From Bacteroidota bacterium (GTDB lineage: Bacteria > Bacteroidota > Bacteroidia > AKYH767-A > OLB10): a stretch of DNA of 64,000 nucleotides. Position 1 is the stretch's first letter; each line of letters starts with the position of its first letter. The notes beneath the pieces are model-generated. The model ran no database searches and was not told the DNA's origin. It saw only the letters and a program-made list of their open reading frames with translations. This document shows positions 11,182 through 26,200 of this stretch, piece by piece. The stretch is from the NCBI GenBank assembly GCA_016717325.1, contig JADKFV010000054.1, positions 8,788 to 72,787 on the forward strand, in the 5' to 3' direction. Both the position numbers and the translations under genes were made by a program.

Positions 11182-11217
11182 AAAAAAAAACCGCAAGTAA
11201 TAATTGACTTGCGGTTT
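11182..11217 (-). terminator. Intrinsic terminator of the giant gene
   Basis: AAACCGCAAGT/ACTTGCGGTTT stem followed by T9 on the minus strand, about 20 bp after the stop at 11237. Confidence 0.8.
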
Positions 11218-11236
11218 CATTTAATTTGCTATTAGA

Positions 11237-14200
11237 TTATTGCTTAACAATTTTTACTGTTCGTGTCAATCCATCAATCCTCAATTGAACAGTATAAATT
11301 CCCTGTGCAAAACTAGATGTATTATAACGGAATGTATTCGCACCTTCTGTGGCTAAACTTTCTTGCCTATATACTACTCTGCCAGTCATATCGAAAATCA
11401 CAACATCGAATTTTGTGTCTTTTGATGATATAAAACTTATTGCTAACTCATCCAAAACAGGATTTGGATATGCATTAAAACTCAACTCATCGTCAGTACT
11501 AAACCATGTTGAGCTTTTACTACAATTATTCACAGGACAAGTGAGAACATTGTTCGATTTGTTACCAATATACCAAGATGAATTTATAAAAGCAGCGTAA
11601 GTCCGTAATATTGAATTGGAATATGCAGAGCCACACCCTGTTAAAGCATTAACACCTTCATTGAATATCTGCTGAACTGTTAAACCTGTTAATGGTCCTG
11701 AGTCTACCACTAAATCTTTAAAATTAACAGTACTAGGTGCAAAATTAGGATTAGCTAAATCAAACTGAATGTTGAGTGCCAAAGTTACAAGTTGAGCAGC
11801 AAGTGAATTATTTAAAGCTAATAACGTTGGGTCAACATATGACTGAGTTAACGCTGCAACATTAACTGTTCCTTGCATAGTAATACGTGCAGCAGCGGCT
11901 GAAGTAAGTAATAAAGACTTAGCAGTGCCGCAAGTTCCCTGCAATTTTAATCCTGCTGGGAATACGGTGTTAAAGTTAGCATCTAAGTATTTATACAATG
12001 TGTCGGGCTTCCAATTCGAATTCCAATAAGTTTGTGCATGACCTGTATAGAAGGTAGTACATACGTATGCAGGTTGCAAAATAACTATTGATCCGGTTTT
12101 GGTACAACCTTTACTATCTGTCACGGTCACTGTATACGTTCCTGCAACAAGTCCAATAATAGTTGAATTTGTGCCACCATTGCTCCAAACATAAGTGTAA
12201 CCTGGCGTTCCACCACTCACCGAAGCTGTTGCGGTTCCATCATTATTGTTACATGACGAAGCATCTTTTCCTGACATCACAACAACAATTTGTGTAGGTT
12301 GTGTAACAACTTTTGTACATGATGATGTACAACCATTCACATCTGTTATTGTTACTGTATAAGTTCCCACTGTAACTCCAGAATTAATTGCAGTTGTTTT
12401 TCCATTGCTCCATAAATAAGTGTAAGGAGAAGTACCTCCAGCGGCTAAAGCAGTTAAAGACCCATTATTTGCCCCAAAGCACGAAACATTATTATTTGTA
12501 GTAATGCTGCAAGTAACTGTAGAAGATGCCGAACCAACTATAGCTTGTGCAGTTCTTGTACATCCTTTAGAATCTGTTACAGTTACTACAAAGGTACCAC
12601 TACAAAGCCCAGATGCTGTTGCAGTAGTTTTAACAGGAATTGAATTCCAGGAATAAGTATATGGAGCGGTACCGCCTGCTGGAGTTGCAGTTGCCGTACC
12701 ATTACAAATACCACAAGAAGCTGGTGTTGTAGAAGTGCTTGTTGTTAATGCTGCTGGCTGTGTTATGGTTACTGAACATGTGGTGGTACATCCGTTTACT
12801 GAAGTAACTGTAGCAGTATACGTTCCTGCTGCTAATCCCGTTCTGGTTTGGGTGGTCACTCCATTATTCCATAAGTAGGTGTAACCCGAACCTCCCGTAG
12901 CATTTACTGTTCCGCTACCGTTAGTGCCTCCGTTACACGATACATTCGTTCTGGCTATTGTACATGCTATACTGCCTGTTGATCCTATCAAAGTAGTACA
13001 TGTTGTTGTACAGCCTCTAATATCTGTAGTGGTTACTGTGTATGTGCCGCCACATAATCCGCTTATGCTGGCTGTGGTTGCTGCATTACTCCATAAGTAT
13101 GTATATGTTGGTGTTCCACCAGTTGCTGTTACAGTTGCTGTTCCATTACAAACTCCACAGGCAGCTGCTGTTGAAGAAACACTGCATGTTAATGCTGCCG
13201 GCTGCGTTATGGTCACCGAACATGTTGTGGTACATCCATTGGCCGAGGTAACTGTAGCAGTATACGTTCCTGCGGCCAATCCTGTTCTGGTTTGAGTGGT
13301 CACTCCATTATTCCATAGATAGGTGTATCCCGAACCTCCTGTTGCATTTACTGTTCCGCTTCCATTACTGCCACCGTTGCACGATACATTTGTACCCGTT
13401 ATGGTACATGCTATACTTCCTGTTGATCCTACCAAAGTAGTGCATGTTGAAGTACATCCTTTACTGTCTGTGGTGGTTACTGTGTATGTGCCGCCACATA
13501 ATCCGCTTATGCTGGATGTGGTTGCTGCATTACTCCATAAGTATGTATATGTTGGTGTTCCACCGGCTGCTGTTACAGTTGCTGTACCGTTACAAACTCC
13601 GCAAGTAGCTGTTGTTGATGCAACACTGCATGTTAAAGCTGCCGGCTGTGTTATGGTTACCGAACATGTGGTGGTACATCCATTCGCTGAAGTAACTGTA
13701 GCAGTATACGTTCCTGCGGCCAATCCTGTCCTGGTTTGGGTGGTCACTCCATTATTCCATAAATAGGTGTAACCCGAACCTCCCGTGGCATTTACTGTTC
13801 CGCTACCGTTAGTGCCTCCGTTACACGATACATTCGTTCCGGCTATTGTACATGCTATACTGCCTGTTGATCCTACCAAAGTAGTACATGTTGTTGTACA
13901 CCCTCTACTGTCTGTGGCGGTTACTGTGTATGTGCCGCCACATAATCCGCTTATGCTGGCTGTAGTGGCTGCATTACTCCATAAGTATGTATATGTTGGT
14001 GTTCCACCAGTTGCTGTTACAGTTGCTGTTCCATTACAAACTCCGCAAGTAGCTGCTGTTGAAGAAACACTGCAAGTTAATGCCGCTGGCTGCGTTATGG
14101 TTACCGAACAGGTGGTGGTACATCCATTCGCTGAAGTAACTGTAGCAGTATACGTTCCTGCGGCCAATCCTGTTCTGGTTTGGGTGGTCACTCCATTATT

Positions 14201-17200
14201 CCATAAGTAGGTGTAACCCGAACCTCCCGTGGCATTTACTGTTCCGCTACCGTTAGTGCCTCCGTTACACGATACATTCGTTCCGGCTATTGTACATGCT
14301 ATACTGCCTGTTGATCCTACCAAAGTAGTGCATGTTGAAGTACATCCTTTACTGTCTGTGGTGGTTACTGTGTATGTGCCGCCACATAATCCGCTTATGC
14401 TGGCAGTGGTTGCTGCATTACTCCATAAGTATGTATATGTTGGTGTTCCACCGGCTGCTGTTACAGTTGCTGTACCGTTACAAACTCCGCAAGTAGCTGT
14501 TGTTGATGCAGCACTGCATGTTAAAGCTGCCGGCTGTGTGATGGTTACCGAACAGGTGGTGGTACATCCGTTAGCTGAAGTAACTGTAGCAGTATACGTT
14601 CCTGCGGCCAATCCTGTTCTTGTTTGGGTGGTCACTCCATTATTCCATAAATAGGTGTAACCCGAACCTCCCGTGGCATTTACTGTTCCGCTACCGTTAG
14701 TGCCTCCGTTACATGAAACATTGGTTCCAGTTATAGTACATGATATTGCTCCAACAGCTGTAACAATAGTTGTGCAGGTTGCGGTACAACCTTTACCGTC
14801 AGTTGTTGTCACTGTATATGTGCCACTGCATAATGCTGTTAACGAAGTTAAAGTTGCACCATTACTCCATAAATAAGAATATGGTAAGGTACCTCCATTT
14901 GAAGTAACATTTGCAGTTGCATTGCATACCCCACAAGAAGCATTAGTAGAAGTTGCGTTGCACGATAATGCTGTTGGCTGAGTGATTGTTAACGAACATG
15001 TTGTAGTACATCCGCCTGATGATGTAACTGTTACTGTATATGTTCCTGCAATTAATCCGGTATTTGTTTGATTTGTTGAACCATTAGTCCATAGATAAGT
15101 ATATCCGCTTCCTCCAATAGCAGTAACTGTAGCGATACCATTACTTCCACCATTGCATGAAACGTTAGTACCATTTATAGAACACGAAAGGCCGGTGCCT
15201 CCTGAAATAGTTGCTTCACAAGTAGTAGTACAACCCCGGCTATCAGTGGTTGTTGCAGTATAAACTCCGGCACAGAGCCCATTTCTCGTTTTGGTTGTTT
15301 GACCATTGTTCCATAAATAAGTATATGGAGCAACCCCTCCAACAGGGGTTATGGTTGCAGATCCCGTGCACCCACAAGCAACGTTAGTTGCAAAAATACT
15401 ACATGTAAGTAAGTTAGGGTTGCTTAGTACAACCTTGCATGAAGTAGTACAAATTCCTGCAGTAACAGTAACTGTATACGTTCCGGAAGAAAGTCCGGTA
15501 ATAGTAGATGTAGTAGCGGCATTGCTCCACAGGTAAGTGTAATTTGCACCTCCTGTAGGTATTACTGTTGCAGTTCCGTTACTGCCATTATTACAGGTAA
15601 TATTTGTTTTAGTTGTTGTGCAACTCATAGTACCAGCGCCACTCACAACTGCTACACAGTTTGAAGTACATCCTTTGCTATCAGTAACGGTAACAGAATA
15701 ACTTCCTGCACATAACCCTGAAATAGTGGTTGCTGTACTACCATTATACCATAAATAGGTGTAAGGAGCTGTACCCCCTAAAGAGGACACAGTGGCTGTG
15801 CCAATACATTGCCCACAGGATGCATTCGTTGTAAGAGCAGAGCAAGTTAAAGCTGCGGGTTCAGTTATATTTATTGTACAAACACTGGTACATCCATTCG
15901 CTTCTGTTACAGTAACATCGTAGTTTCCTAAAGTTAAACCAGTTGCTGTTGCTGTTGTTTGACCGTTATTCCAAAGGTAAGTATACGAAGTTCCTCCAAA
16001 GGCTGTTACCGTAGCGGTTCCATCATTGCCGCCATTGCAACTAATGTCCTTCTTAGTCATGCTACAAGAAATCGGAGTTGTTGCTCCCACGGATACAGTA
16101 CATGTCGTTGTACATCCCTTTTTGTCAGTAACACTCACTGTATAAACTCCTGAGCATAATGCCAAAATCGTTTTTGTTGTTGAGCCGGTACTCCATAAAT
16201 AAGTATATGGAATAGTACCTCCGGTGGCAGTAATGGTTGCTGTTCCATTGCATACCCCGCATTTGGCGGGAGTCGAAGTGGTTGCACATGATAAAATAGC
16301 AGGTTGAGTAATCGTAACATTACAACTGGTAGTACAGCCATTATTTGCTGAAACCGTTACGGTATATGAACCTGCTCCCAAACCTGTAATTGTTTTTGTT
16401 GTGCTACCATTGCTCCAGAGATAAGTATAACCAGCACCACCCGTTGGGTTTACGGTTGCTGAGCCATTAGTTCCTCCGTTACAACTTACATTAGTTCTTG
16501 AAATTATGCATGATAATGGATTGGATGTTCCTACACTGACATTGCAAATTGAAGTACATCCAGTAGCATCTGTAACAGTTATAGTATACAAACCACCACA
16601 CAATCCTGATAAACTTGTAGTTGTGCTACCATTATTCCATAAGTAAGTAAAAGGAGGATTGCCCGATATAGCTGAAACAGAAGCAGATCCATTACAAACA
16701 CCACAAAAAGCTAAAGTTGAGGTGGTAGTGCAAGTTATCGCGGCTGGTTCAGTTATTATGACTACGCATGAGGAGGTGCATCCTGGGCCAGCAGAAACAG
16801 TTGCAGTATATGCCCCGGCTACAAGTCCAGTTGCAGTTTGGTTAGTTTGACCATTGCTCCATAAATAACTTGTTGCGGTTGCTCCGCTCGCGTTAACAGT
16901 AGCAGTTCCGTTATTTAATCCATTGCAGCTAACATTTGTCCCTGATATTGTACATGAAATATTTCCTATGCTATTAATTACCACACTGCAAGCAGACGAA
17001 CACCCATTGGCATCAGTTATCAAAGCAGAATAGCTTCCTGCACAAAGTGTTGTTGCAACATTATTCGTTAGCCCATTACTCCATAAATAAGTATACGGAG
17101 CAGTGCCTCCCACAACGTTTATTATTCCTGTTCCGTTGCAAACACCACAAGAGGCATCTGTTGCCGTTATTGTACAAATGAGTGGTTGTGGTTTGGTAAT

Positions 17201-20200
17201 CACTATTGAACATGTACTTGTGCAATTATTTCCGGAAGTAACTGTTGCAGTATACGTACCGGCAGTAAGCCCAGTCACAGTTTGAGTAGTTGCTCCTGTA
17301 GTCCATAAATATGTGTAAATTCCGGTGCCACCAACAGCAGATACAGTTGCTGTAGCATTACTACCTCCATTGCATTGAACATTTACGCCTGTAACAGAGC
17401 AACTCAAGTTATTATTTGTTACTATAATTACGACACAAGTTTTAGTACATGCATATTGATCAGAAACAGTTACAACATAAGTATTTGGACATAAACCAGA
17501 TATAGCCTTAGTGGTAGCCCCAGTACTCCATTTATATGTGTATGCCAAACCGCCACCCGATGCAAGCACACTTGCAGTTCCATTACATGCACCGCAAGAA
17601 GCATCTGTACTGGTAACAAAACAATCAACTGGCCCATGAGCTTTCAAGGTTGCTTCACATGATGACGTGCAGCCGAATTTATCTGTTACGGTTACGGTAT
17701 AAGTTCCACCAAAAAGGAAATTTAGAACTTGTGTTGTTGTACCTGTATTCCATAAATAAGTATATGGCGAAGAGCCACCTAAAGGAATTGCTTTTAATTT
17801 TCCGGTTGGCAGCCCACATTTGGTAGCATTTGATTTAAAAACACTACAAGTTAACAATGGTGATCCTGTTATAGAAACCACGCAAGAAGTTGTGCAACCA
17901 TTTGCATCTGTAACAATTACGGTATACGTTCCGGCACATAATCCAGTTGCAGTTGCGGTGGTTTGAGTTGGAATAGTATTCCAATTATAAACATATGGGC
18001 TGGTGCCTCCGGTTGCAGCTACGGTTGCTGTTCCGTTACATCCACCATTGCATGCTGCCCCTGTTGCTGTTGTTGTGCATTCTAAAAGTTGCGGTTCTGT
18101 AATTGTAACGCTGCCCGATACAGTACAACCTGCATTATCACTAACTATAACTGTATAAGATCCTGCATTTAATCCGGTAGCAATTAAATTAGTTTGAACA
18201 GGAACTGAGTTCCAGATATAGGAATAAATACCTGAGCCGCCTGTCACGTTAGCAATTGCACTGCCGGCACTACCATAGCACAGTGGACTAGTTGGAACAA
18301 TATTCAAGTTCAAATTACTTGACAGGCCAATGGTAACACTTGAAGTAGCGGTGCACCCATTAGCATCTGTAACAGTAACTGTATACGTTCCAGAACCTAT
18401 TGATGAAATAATAGCTCCATTTTGACCATTAGACCAAAGATAAGTATAAGAAGGGGTTCCGCCTGCTGTCGATGCACTTGCACTACCATTGGTATTTCCA
18501 CACGTAGGATTTGAACCTGTAGTAATCAATTGTAATTGTGAAGGCTCATTTATGATTATCACTAATGAGGCTGAACAACCATTATTATCGGTTGCTGTGA
18601 CCGTATAACTATTTGCTGCCAATCCGGAAATGGAACTTGTAGTTTGGCCATTGTTCCATAAGTAAGTGTATGGGCTGGTACCTCCGGATGCAACAACGCT
18701 TGCCACACCATCCGAACCTCCTTTACATTTCACATCTGCTTTCCCGCTTGTAAGCATCAATACAGCAGGGTCTGTAATAGTAGTTTGGCAAACCGTAGTA
18801 CAACCGTTTGCATCATTTACAGTTACAGTATAAGTTCCAGCTATTAATCCTGACAAAGTCGAACCACTTATTCCATTGCTCCACAAATAGGTATATCCCG
18901 GAGTGCCTCCTGTTACTACAACGTTTGCTGTCCCGTTGCTATTTCCATTACATGAAGGAGATGATGAATTAATTCCACAAATCAATGCATTGGGTTGAGC
19001 TATTTGAACAGATAATGTTTGACTACAGCCATTCGACTGTGTAATTGTTACAATATAGGTATTTGCAGGCACATTGTTTATATCCTGAGTTGTTTGTCCA
19101 TTGGACCAAGAATAACTGAATGGGGCACTTCCTCCTTGCAATGTAACATCAATGGAACCATTGCTTCCACCGTTGCAAGTAACATCAATATGTGTTTCGG
19201 AAGCAATTAATTGAGCAGGTTCTGTAATTGTAACTACTGCAGTTCCTGTACAGCCTTTTTTATCAGTTACTGTTACTGTATAATTGCCAGCTGATAAATT
19301 ACTTGCTAAAGCATTCGTTTGGCCATCACTCCATAGATATAAATAAGGGGTAGAACCTCCACTCGCAACTACTTGTGCTGAGCCATCTGCTAATCCAAAG
19401 CAAGACACATTAGAAAAATTGGAAATATTAACAATCAAAGAAGGAAGTTGGTTAATATTAAAAGAAAAACTGCCTGAGCATCCAATATTGTCTGTAACTG
19501 TAACTGTATACGTACCTGCGCAAAGCCCTGTAGCTGAAACAGATGTAACGCCATTAGACCATAGGTAAGTGTAAGGTGATGTTCCACCAGCAACGCCACT
19601 AACTGATGCTGTGCCGGTACAAATACTGTTGCAATTTGTCGGGGTTTTATTTATTGTTAAAATGATAGTCGAAGATGCATTAATTCCAGTGTTACAAGAA
19701 GTTGTACAACCATTTGCATCTGTTACAGTAGCGGTATAGTTGCCTGTAGCTAATGCCGAAATTGTTGCATTTGTTTGTCCATTACTCCACAAATATGTAT
19801 ATCCACTGGTTCCACCGGTAACATTCACTGTAGCACTACCATTGTTAAGGCCACAAGTTGTATTTATTGGAGAAATTGAACAGGCCAAAACTGCAGGTTG
19901 AACAACCAAAACGTCACAAGACGAAGTACATCCAACATTATCTGTCACTATTACAATATATGTTCCACCGGATAATCCTGTTGCAGTTGAATTTGTTTGC
20001 AAAGGTGTTGTATTCCACAAATAAGTATAGCCTGGTGTTCCGCCATTTACTGCAACTTGTGCTTCACCATCGTTACCGGCATAACATGTAACAGGCATTG
20101 TATTAGCGGCAATGCAACTAAGATTGCCTGGTTGAGTTATGCTTGCATCGCAAGTTGTTATGCATCCGTTTGCATCTGTAACGGTTACTGTATACAATCC

Positions 20201-23200
20201 TGCGCTCAGTCCAGTAGCTGTAGCACCAAATTGAGGAGGAGTTGTACTCCATACATAAGAAAATGCTGCTAAACCCCCCGATGTGGTTACTGTTGCAGTT
20301 CCATTTGGAAAACCAGCGCAAGTTGCATTGGTAACTGAAGTTTGACAACTCAGCGGTGAAACAACTGCAATAGTAGTAGCACATTGGCTCGTACATCCTT
20401 TACTGTCTGTAATTAATACTGTGTAACTACCACTTGAAAGACCCGTGGCCGTTATATTAGTTTGGCCATCGCTCCATAGATATGCGTAAGGCGATGTTCC
20501 TCCTGTTACAGAAGCTGTTGCAGTACCATTAGCCGATCCATCGCAATTTAATGAAGTAGAGGTAGCAACACAAGTTAATGGGGCAGGCTGTGTGATGACA
20601 ATAAAGCAAGATGTTGTACAACCGTTTGCATCAGTAACAATTACAGTATAAGTACCGGCATTTACAGAATTAATGGATGATGTAGTTGCCGCTGTAGAAG
20701 TATTCCACAGATATGTATAAGGGGCAACACCTCCATTTACTGTGACTGTTGCTGTGCCATCATTTCCGCCATTGCAACTCACATTAATACCAAATACGCT
20801 GCAACTTAAAGCATTTGAAGATGGCACAGTTACTGAACAAGAAGATGAACAACCTTTGCTATCGGAAATTACCACCACATAAGTTCCTGAAGAAAGACCG
20901 GTAGCGATTGCCGTAGTTTGAACAGGTGCCGTGAGCCAAATATAAGTATAAGGAGCTACACCTCCCGAAGCAACAGCCTGTGCTTTACCATTATTATTAT
21001 TGCAAGTGGCAATATTTAAAACATTTGCATTACAAACTAATTTTGAAGGCTGAGTAATTGTTACGAAACAATTTTTGGTACACCCTTTTGAATCAGTTAT
21101 GGTTACTGTATATAAACCTGCCGCAACACCTGCATTATTAGCAGTGCTTACACCATTTGACCATAAATAAATGTATGGCGAAGTACCTCCGGTTGCAGTT
21201 ACTGTTGCCGAACCATTACTTCCACCATTACATGTTACATTTGTTTTTGTTATTGAACAATTTAACACTGCAGGTTGGGTAACTGCAATGCTGGCATTTA
21301 AAACACACCCTTTTGAATCAATAATTGTAAGCACATAGTTGCCTGCTCCAATATTATTTAAATCTTGAGTAGTAGCTCCATTTGACCATCCATAGGTATA
21401 AGGTGATGTTCCGCCTACCACACTCACATCTATAGACCCATTAGTATTGCCGTTGCACAATGGTCTAACAACAGTATACAATGCAGCTATAGCAGAAGGC
21501 TGTGTTATTGTTACACTACAAGTAGAGCTACAACCAACATTGTCAGTTACAGAAACAGTATAGACACCTGTTGCAAGGTTTATAACTGTTTGAGTTGTTT
21601 TTCCATTGCTCCATAAATAGGTATATGGTGCAGTTCCTCCATTAACAGCAGCACTAGCGGAACCATTTGTATTTCCAAAACAAGTTATGTTTGTGTTGGT
21701 AATAGAACAGCTCACACCAAGTTGAGGTTGACTAATAGTGATTTGTGCACTTGCTGTACATCCATTTGCGTCCGTAACAATACCAGTATACGTACCAGCC
21801 ATCAATCCGGTAGCTAAAGAAGTAGTTGTAGTAGGAACCGTGTTCCAAGAGTAAGTATAAGGTGCTACACCACCAAATCCATTAACACAAGCTGTACCAT
21901 TTGAGCCTCCATTACAAGTTACATTTTGCACACAACCCATTAATGCAAATAGTTGATTTGGTTGAGTAATTGTTACAGAACCAACCTTTAAGCAACCATT
22001 AGCATCAGTAATAGTTACCGTATATGTTCCGGCTGTAAGGCCTATTATGGTTTGAGTTGTTTGACCATTTGACCAAACATAAGAATATGGTGCTAATCCT
22101 CCAATTGGTAGCGCTGTGACAGAACCATTGTTGCCTCCAAAGCAAGAAACATTTATGACACTTGCATTGCATATACATGAAAGCGCACTTGGTTGGGTAA
22201 TGCTAACCGATGCAGTACCTGAACAACCATTATTATCAGTCACTGTTAAAGTATAAATACCAGGACCGATATTAGTTAAGTTAATTGTAGTAGAACCATT
22301 ACTCCACAAATAGCCAAACGGTGCCAAGCCTCCTCCAATGGAAGAAATAATTGTTCCATTAGAACTTCCATTACAAGTTACATTGGTAGCAGAAAGATTA
22401 ACTGAAAGACCCGGTAGCTGACTCACAGTATAACTACAAGAATTAGTACAGCCTGAAACATCGGTAACAGTAACTGTATACGTGCCTAATGCTAAACCGC
22501 TGTTGGTAGAAGTCGTATTGCCGTTGGACCACAAATAGGTATACGGTGAGGTACCGCCACTGGTATTTAAAGTAATACTTCCATTGTTGTTTCCGGAGCA
22601 AGTTATAGGAACTACTGTAGCATTACAAGCTAATGGTAAAGGATTCAAAACACTATAGGTAAATTGTGCTGAGCATCCATTAGCATCAAAAACAATAACT
22701 GTATAGGTGCCTCCTGCAACATTTAACAAGTTTGCTGTAGTTTGAGTTGGGGATGAATTCCATAAATATGAGAAGGGTGCCAATCCACCTGATATTGATG
22801 TTTGAAGAATCTTTCCGTCTGTAGAAGCTTGGACAGGTAGGATTCACAACCGTATAAACAGCATTGATTTGAGGAGGAGAAGAAAGCAGTATATTGGCAG
22901 ATGAAGTGCAACCATTGAAGTCTGTAACAGTAACAGTATACGTATTTGCACTTAAATTAGAGGCTGTTTGTGTGGTTTGACCATCGCTCCATAAATAAGT
23001 ATAAGGCCCAACGCCTCCAACAGGGTCTGCAGTTACTTCTCCATCACTTGCACCAAAACAACTTACATCAGTTCCAATCATTGAGATAAAAATTGGATCT
23101 GGTTCTGTTAAAGTCACAATAACATTCTTGATACAATTTAGCGAGTCGATAATAGTTGCAGTATAGGTACCTCCTCCTAATCCTGTTGTTTGAAATCCCG

Positions 23201-26200
23201 TTTGAGGTGGTATGGTATTCCAAACTATGTTATATGCATCTCCTACGGTGAAAGGTTCACCTCCAATTACACTAAGAGTGATAATTCCGTTGTTTGCACC
23301 ATTACAAGTAATTGCCGACACATTAGTAGAAGCCACCAATAAAGTTGGTTCTTTAACCAATATGCTTATAGTTGTATCGCAACCTAATGAATCGGTGATA
23401 GTCAATGACCATATTCCGGCTGGCAAATTGGTGGCTAAAGCTGTTGTCTGAGCAGGAACTGTATTCCAAAGATAATTATATCCATAATAAAACGGAGTAG
23501 CACCATTTACCTGAACAAATGCTGTTCCGTCAGTTGCTCCATGGCATGAAACAGACGTACAACAATTGTTCAATCCAATGGCATAACGAGGTTGTTCTAA
23601 AACATCAAAAGCCGAAACAAATTCACAGCCATTAGCATCTGTAATAGTTACCGTATAAACATCAGCAACCACATTTACTAAATCCTCATTGGTAGTGCCA
23701 TCGCTCCAAGCAAATATATAAGGTAATGTTCCACCAACAACCGTGATATCAACAGAGCCACTATTTTCTCCCCAGCAATTAATATTATTTACAAGTTCAT
23801 TACTAATGGTGAGGTAATCTGGTTCGTAAATAGTATAATCTTCTTGATAAGTACATTGCTCTAAAAGATCATTAACATAAACAGTATATACCCCTGCTGT
23901 CAATCCTGTAAATAGTCCTGAAGATTGCCAGCTCGAATTATCAAGAGAATATTCATAAGGTCCTACCGAATTTCCATTTGTTAACCCTGTTACTTCAATA
24001 CTTCCGTCTGCAAATCCAAAACAAGAAACACTATCAATTGTAACCAGGCTCAAAGAAATAATAGCAAAATCATCAGCTACAGTGGCACTACATGTTTGCG
24101 AACATCCTGAATTGATATCCGTAACTACTACAGTGTAAGTGCCTGCAGTTAAGTTATTTTGTGATGAATTCGTATCGCCATTACTCCATAAAAAGTCGGC
24201 ACTAACAGCATTTGTTAATACACTAACTGTTCCATCAGGTACCGAACAATTTGTTCTGTCAGTGGAACCACAAGTAGCGGTAACAGGTATTACAGCATCA
24301 TTAACTGTAGTAGCACATGTTCCAATACAACCGGACAAAGCATCTGTAACGGTAACAGTATACATTCCAGCCGATAAGCCGGATATTGCATTTGTTGTAT
24401 TTCCATTGCTCCACAAGAAAGTAGCATTAAGTGAGTTTGTTATTACGTTTGCTGTGCCATTTGGAGCAATACATGAGTTAACATCTGTTGAGGAGCAAGT
24501 TGCGGAAATTCCTGTAGAATTAGTGCCTACAATAGCTTCGCAAGTAGCTGTACAACCATTTGTATTATCGGTTACAGTAACCGAATATGTACCTCCGGCT
24601 AAACCACTTATTGAAGCGGTAGTTTGCCCATTACTCCAAATATATGTTGGATTTAGTGCATTGGTTGTTACGCTAGCCGAACCATTTTGTGTTGTACAAC
24701 CGGTGTTATCGGTGGCTGTACAATTTGCAGTAGGGATTGCCGCAGGAGTATTTAAAATTTCTAATGAACATGTTGCAGAACAGCCTGTTAACATTTCAGT
24801 AACTGTTACTGTGTATACACCAGGAGCCAATCCAGATAGGCTTTGAGTTGTTTGACCATTACTCCATATATATGTTGGAGATACCAAATTATTATTAACC
24901 GTGCATTGACCATTAAATATAAAACAATGTGTATTATTTTGAATCACCTGGCAAGTAACAGCTGGTGTAGATTGATTGACAACCAACACAGACTGGCAAC
25001 TTGCTGTGCAACCCGTAGTTAAATCTGTAACTACTACTGTATATGTTCCCGCTGAGAGGCCGCTTATGCTTGCATCTGTTGAACCATTACTCCATGAATA
25101 ACTTACATTGGCAGCCGTGGCACTTGCTGTGCCATTTGGTGTTGTGCAACTGGTATTGTCAGTAGATGCGCAGGTTACTGCAGGGTTGGTTGTGTTTGTT
25201 CCTACTACCGATTCGCAACTCGCTGTGCAACCCGTAGTTAAATCCGTAACTACTACCGTATAAGTTCCGGCTGAAAGGCCGCTTATGCTTGCATCGGTTG
25301 AACCATTGCTCCATGAATAACTTACGTTACTAGCTGTGGCGCTTGCTGCGCCATTCGAAGGCGAACAATTAGTATTGTCCGTGGCCGAACAAGTTACAGA
25401 AGGTGATGATGGACTACTTCCTACTATCGATTCGCAACTTGCTGTACAGCCCGTAGTTAAATCCGTAACTACTACTGTATATGTTCCGGCTAATAAGCCG
25501 CTGATGCTCGCATCGGTTGAACCATTGCTCCATGAATAACTTACATTAGAAGCCGTGGCGCTTGCAGTACCATTTCCTGCACCCGAACAATTTGAATTAT
25601 CTGTTGCTGAGCATGTTACTGTTGGATTACTTGTATTGCTCGCAACATTACTTGTGCATGATGATGTGCAACCTGTAGTCATATCCGTAACTGTAACGGT
25701 ATATACCCCTGCATTCAAACCACTGATGCTGGATGTGGTTGCTCCATTACTCCAAGTATATGTAACATTGGTAGCCGTGGCGCTTGCCGTGCCATTTGGT
25801 GTTGTGCAACTGTTATTGTCAGTTGAAGCACAGGTTACTGTTGGGCTAGTCGTGTTTGTTCCAACTATCGATTCGCAACTTGCCGTGCAACCCGTAGTTA
25901 AATCCGTAACTACTACTGTATAAGTTCCGGCTGAAAGGCCGCTTATGCTTGCATCGGTTGAACCATTGCTCCATGAATAACTTACGTTACTAGCTGTGGC
26001 GCTTGCTGCGCCATTCGAAGGCGAACAATTAGTATTGTCCGTGGCCGAACAAGTTACAGAAGGTGATGATGGACTACTTCCTACTATCGATTCGCAACTT
26101 GCTGTACAGCCCGTAGTTAAATCCGTAACTACTACTGTATATGTTCCGGCTAATAAGCCGCTGATGCTCGCATCAGTTGAACCATTGCTCCATGAATAAC

